Below are positions 60,034 to 64,000 of a DNA stretch of 64,000 nt, in pieces (positions within the stretch are counted from its first letter, which is position 1; each line of letters opens with the position of its first letter). Origin of the DNA: Malacoraja senta (lineage: Eukaryota). The stretch is from assembly GCA_038087875.1 (NCBI GenBank), contig JAXLNO010001765.1, forward strand, positions 124,001-188,000, read 5' to 3'. A program made the translations under genes and the position numbers. The notes under the pieces were generated by a model. It was not told the origin of the DNA. It made no database searches and worked only from the letters and a program-made list of their open reading frames with translations.

Positions 60034-63000
60034 ATGGCCACCTCGTGTCGAAAGCCTGACGTTCTGGTGTTTGACTCGGACATCGTCCACCGGTGGACTA
60101 TTTTCCGGCGCGACTTCCAGCACTATGTCGCCATCGCTCATCCTAATATTACCCCTGCGATTACAGCACATCTGCTCCTCAACCTGGCTGGCCCGGAGGC
60201 CATGGAACGTTCTGAATCTTTTGAGTACGCCGATGGTGAGAATGCAGAGGACCCCGTGTGTCTCATCAATAAATTTGCCGCGCTGTGTGACATTCCCACC
60301 AACTCCATTCTAGAGCGGTTCAAGTTTTTCAGCAGGCGCCAGGCACCCGGGGAGCACATCGATACCTTCGTGGCATCGCTGCGTCACCTGGCCCGGCGTT
60401 GCCACCTGGAGACGTTGACCCCCGATCAGTTGATCAGAGATGTCCTAGTTCACGGTCTACAGGACGTGAAGCTACGGGCTGAGCTTCTGAGAAAGCCGGA
60501 CCTCACTTTAAACGACGCTTTGCATGCCTCTCGCATGTCTGCTGCTGTCGACGCCATATCTCCCCCTGAAGCTGAGGACATTAACTATGCCGGTGCTGCT
60601 GGACGCCCGCGGCGCGATGGCCCGCCACGCCAGCGTAGCACCCCTGCGCCTGCAAGGGTCAACCCTCGCCGATGCCCAAACTGCAACTTTGTCAATCATC
60701 AATTTGATGTTTGCCCTGCTCTGGGTAAGACTTGTAATTTGTGTAAGAAGCTTAATCACTTCTCCGCAGCGTGCCGTTCCAGGGGCCAGCCTGTCCCTGC
60801 TCCGAGAAAGAGTCTACACAACCTGACTGCTGCTGACAGTGTTTATGACTCCGAATACCTTCCAGTCGAACTCCCTGATTCTGATAACAGCTCCTCCCAT
60901 GATGAATCGCTTGTTTTTTCAGTCCTGGGTGCACATGCTTTGATAGCTGATCCATCAGTTCGAGTTACTGTGAATGGGATGACCTTCTCTGCTAAGGTAG
61001 ATACGGGGGCGTTTACGAATATTATGTCGTTAAGTCTTTTTCAACAGATAAGAGCTGGTGAGAACATTACCGCTGATCACTCCCGCCTCCGTGCATATGG
61101 GGGGAGCATGCTATTCCCAGTCGGCAAGGCCACCCTTATCTGCTCAGTTCTGAAGGCCTCTCGGCCCCTCTCTTTCCTCCTGCTGGAATCTGAGAATGTT
61201 ACTCTGTTGGGCGCCCATGCGTGCCAGGACCTCGGTTTGGTGTCCTTCCACCACGACATCCACCCGGTGCAGACCCCCATGGATCCCATGTGCGAGTACC
61301 CCGAACGTTTTGACGAAGTATTGGGCAAACTACCCTGCAAGTACGAAATCGAGGTGGACCCGGAGGTCCATCCGGTAGTCCGCCCTCCTCACCGCGTCTC
61401 CTTTGCTATGAAGGACAAGGTGGAGTCCACTCTACGCCAGATGGTGGCCATGGGCATCATCAAGGAAGTGAGCGATGCCACCCGGTGGGTCTCCACCATG
61501 GTCGTTGCTGCTAAGAAGGACAAGAGTGAGATTCGGATCTGTATCAACCCCAAGGACCTAAACCTTGCCATCAAGCGCCCGCACTACCCCATGCGAACGG
61601 TGGAGGATGTCGCTGCAAAGGTTGGCCCGGCCACTGTATTCTCTGTCCTCGATGCCAAGAACTCTTTCTGGCAGATTCCGCTGGATGAACGTTCATCTTT
61701 ACTGACCACGTTTGGTACACCTTTCGGCAGGTTCCGTTTCCTCCGCATGCCTTTCGGGATCAATTCTGCCAGCGAGGTTTTCCAGCGCACCATGGAACAG
61801 CTATTTGCAGGTCTGCCGTGTGCTATCATCGTTGATGACATCTTGGTGTACGGGAGGGACGTCGCTGAGCACGACCTCCACCTCCGTCTGGTCCTGGATC
61901 GGGCTCGGGAAATCAACCTCAAACTGAACCCCAAGAAGTGCCGTTTCCGCGTCCCGGAGGTCACCTACGTGGGCCACGTTTTTACGGCTGAGGGTCTGAA
62001 ACCAGACCCACAGAAGACAGCTGCGGTCTCAGAGATGCCAGCTCCGGTCAACGTGCCAAGCCTGCAACGCTTCTTGGAAATGATGAACTATCTGGGGAAA
62101 TTTATTCCCGACCTCAGCGAGCTGAGTGCGCCCCTGAGGGAACTGACCAAGATGGACACTGCCTGGGTTTGGTACCCGCTGCATCAGGCAGCCTTCGATG
62201 ACTTGAAATCCCGGCTGGTTCGCACCCCCACTCTGAAGTTCTTCGACTTAAAGCGCCCTATCGTCATTACCTGCGATGCATCAAGTTTCGGTCTCGGTGC
62301 CGCCTGCCTGCAGATCCACGACCGCCTGCAGCTACCTGTCTCCTATGCCTCCCGCACCATGACGCCAACCGAGCAACGCTACGCTCAGATCGAGAAAGAG
62401 CTCCTTGCCGTGGTGTTTGCCTGCTCGAAGTTAAGGGACTACATTATAGGTAACACCTTCACTATCGAAACCGACCACCAGCCGCTGGTCACGATCTTAA
62501 ACAAACCGATCCACGTTGCCTCTTCCCGTTTGCAGCGTATGATGCTGCAACTCCAACGCTTCACGTTTCAAATCGTGTACCGCAAGGGCAAGGACATGTT
62601 TGTGGCTGACACGCTGTCCCGCGCACCGCTGGCTTCTACAGCCCGCCACCCGTACGAGTCATCCGACCTGATGGTGCTAAACGTCAACTTCATGCCTTCC
62701 CAGCAGATGCAGTCCCTGATTCACCACACTGCCAAGGATCCTGCCCTGCAACAGCTTATAGACGTCATCCGTCGCGGCTGGCCTGACCGTCGCTCACCCT
62801 TGCCGGCTGGTGCTGTGCCCTACTTCCTAGTCCGGGACGAACTTGTGCTGCAGGGCGGCGTGGTGGTGAAGGGCCACAAGGTTGTGGTGCCTGCCGCTCT
62901 GCGGGACCAATATTTCCAAACTGCCCACAACGGCCATCCCGGTGCCGATGCCACCCTGTCCCAGGCCCAGAGCCAATTTTATTGGCCCAGCATGGCACAG

Positions 63001-64000
63001 GACATCCGGGAGAGGGTCTCTGCCTGCTCCACCTGCAATACCCTCTCTCCCCACCAGCAACGCCAGCCACTCCTGCAACAGCCTGCCCCCGCCCTGGCAT
63101 GGATGGCGGTCGCTACGGACATATTTGAGTGGCGTGGCAAACATTTCCTGGTCCTGGTCAACTCTTACTCCAGCTGGTTCGAGATTAAGCGTCTGCACTC
63201 CCTCACTTCTGCTGCGGTCATCGGGACGTTGCAACCCCTCTTTGCAACCTTTGGCATTCCTGTGACTGTGCAGTCTGACAACGGGGGCCAGTTCACGAGT
63301 GCTGAGTTCCGCGCATTCGCCGCCGCGTACAACTTTCGCCACATCACCAGCAGCCCGGAGTACCCGCAGAGCAACGGCCTTGCTGAGCGCGCCGTCCGCA
63401 GTGCCAAGGAGCTGCTGGAACATTGCAGACTGTCACATTCGGATTTTTATCTCGCTCTACTGAATCTCCGAAATATTAGTCGCGACCCTGCCATGGGCTC
63501 ACCGGCTCAACGGCTCATGTCCCGCACCACTCGCCCTCCAATCCCTGTCTCCCAGCGGTCGCTACAGCCCGCAGTCCGCAGCCCTGCTGCTGTCCAGAAG
63601 TGTATTACCCAGAAACAGGTCGTCCAGAAGCGCTCCCACGACAAGTCATGCCGTCCCCTTCAGCCCCTCTTCGAGGGCCAGGTCGTCCGGATGCAGTCCC
63701 CCTCCGGACACCACCGCTTGGCTGTTGTCATCGGCTTTGCCGACTCTCCGCGCTCTTACCTGGTTGACTACGAGGGCACAATCTACCGCCGGTCCCGCCA
63801 GCATTTGCTGCCGGTCAACGAGCCCGCTCCGCCTCCCGCAGCCCCTTTTGCTCCCCCGGTTGCCGCCTCGTTGCCTCCCGCTCCTCTGCCCTCGCGACCC
63901 TTGGCGCCCCGTTCTCCCGCTGCTCCTCCTGGCCCCCCCCATCAGCCATCTCCCGCTCGCGTGCCCGTTGCGGTGCCCTTGTCTCCTCCCCGGTCTCCTC
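60034..64000 (+). CDS. Uninterrupted Gypsy gag-pol polyprotein (runs off the window end)
   Basis: Read codon by codon, no stop in 1322 codons. Gag MATSCRKPD, knuckle CNLCKKLNHFSAAC, protease KVDTGA, RT IIVDDILV, RNase H TCDAS...EKEL...TDH, integrase HNGH...CSTC, ATDIF, SDNG, NGLAER. Confidence 0.95.
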   Translation, partial: MATSCRKPDVLVFDSDIVHRWTIFRRDFQHYVAIAHPNITPAITAHLLLNLAGPEAMERSESFEYADGENAEDPVCLINKFAALCDIPTNSILERFKFFSRRQAPGEHIDTFVASLRHLARRCHLETLTPDQLIRDVLVHGLQDVKLRAELLRKPDLTLNDALHASRMSAAVDAISPPEAEDINYAGAAGRPRRDGPPRQRSTPAPARVNPRRCPNCNFVNHQFDVCPALGKTCNLCKKLNHFSAACRSRGQPVPAPRKSLHNLTAADSVYDSEYLPVELPDSDNSSSHDESLVFSVLGAHALIADPSVRVTVNGMTFSAKVDTGAFTNIMSLSLFQQIRAGENITADHSRLRAYGGSMLFPVGKATLICSVLKASRPLSFLLLESENVTLLGAHACQDLGLVSFHHDIHPVQTPMDPMCEYPERFDEVLGKLPCKYEIEVDPEVHPVVRPPHRVSFAMKDKVESTLRQMVAMGIIKEVSDATRWVSTMVVAAKKDKSEIRICINPKDLNLAIKRPHYPMRTVEDVAAKVGPATVFSVLDAKNSFWQIPLDERSSLLTTFGTPFGRFRFLRMPFGINSASEVFQRTMEQLFAGLPCAIIVDDILVYGRDVAEHDLHLRLVLDRAREINLKLNPKKCRFRVPEVTYVGHVFTAEGLKPDPQKTAAVSEMPAPVNVPSLQRFLEMMNYLGKFIPDLSELSAPLRELTKMDTAWVWYPLHQAAFDDLKSRLVRTPTLKFFDLKRPIVITCDASSFGLGAACLQIHDRLQLPVSYASRTMTPTEQRYAQIEKELLAVVFACSKLRDYIIGNTFTIETDHQPLVTILNKPIHVASSRLQRMMLQLQRFTFQIVYRKGKDMFVADTLSRAPLASTARHPYESSDLMVLNVNFMPSQQMQSLIHHTAKDPALQQLIDVIRRGWPDRRSPLPAGAVPYFLVRDELVLQGGVVVKGHKVVVPAALRDQYFQTAHNGHPGADATLSQAQSQFYWPSMAQDIRERVSACSTCNTLSPHQQRQPLLQQPAPALAWMAVATDIFEWRGKHFLVLVNSYSSWFEIKRLHSLTSAAVIGTLQPLFATFGIPVTVQSDNGGQFTSAEFRAFAAAYNFRHITSSPEYPQSNGLAERAVRSAKELLEHCRLSHSDFYLALLNLRNISRDPAMGSPAQRLMSRTTRPPIPVSQRSLQPAVRSPAAVQKCITQKQVVQKRSHDKSCRPLQPLFEGQVVRMQSPSGHHRLAVVIGFADSPRSYLVDYEGTIYRRSRQHLLPVNEPAPPPAAPFAPPVAASLPPAPLPSRPLAPRSPAAPPGPPHQPSPARVPVAVPLSPPRSP

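Overview
Repeat-dense eukaryotic DNA from a cartilaginous fish, most likely a skate/ray, judged from HE1-like V-SINEs, CR1 LINEs and an MHC class I-type exon. It contains two assembly gaps (1241-1520, 12437-12568). Most of the window is nested mobile DNA: CR1 (two long copies), Penelope (two near-identical copies plus many short pLTR-derived repeats carrying a minimal hammerhead motif), Tx1/L1, RTE, Rex/Babar, BEL and Gypsy elements, and hAT-like and Harbinger-like non-autonomous DNA elements. The only recognisable host gene is the 3' part of a minus-strand MHC class I-like gene: an alpha3 Ig-C1 exon (42901-43100) cut off at its 5' end by a hAT-like element, spliceable in frame to a TM/cytoplasmic exon (37302-37531). 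Main highlights: (i) a 2.8-kb P-superfamily-like DNA transposon (CAAAG termini, 8-bp TSD, degenerate two-exon THAP gene) that splits an old Gypsy gag-pro frame; (ii) a 34-bp (17+17) remnant of related ends inside a perfect 8-bp TSD, matching the classic P-element excision footprint; (iii) an uninterrupted Gypsy gag-pol ORF from 60034 to the window end that the ORF track omits. All calls were made by eye, without database searches, and many TE boundaries are approximate.
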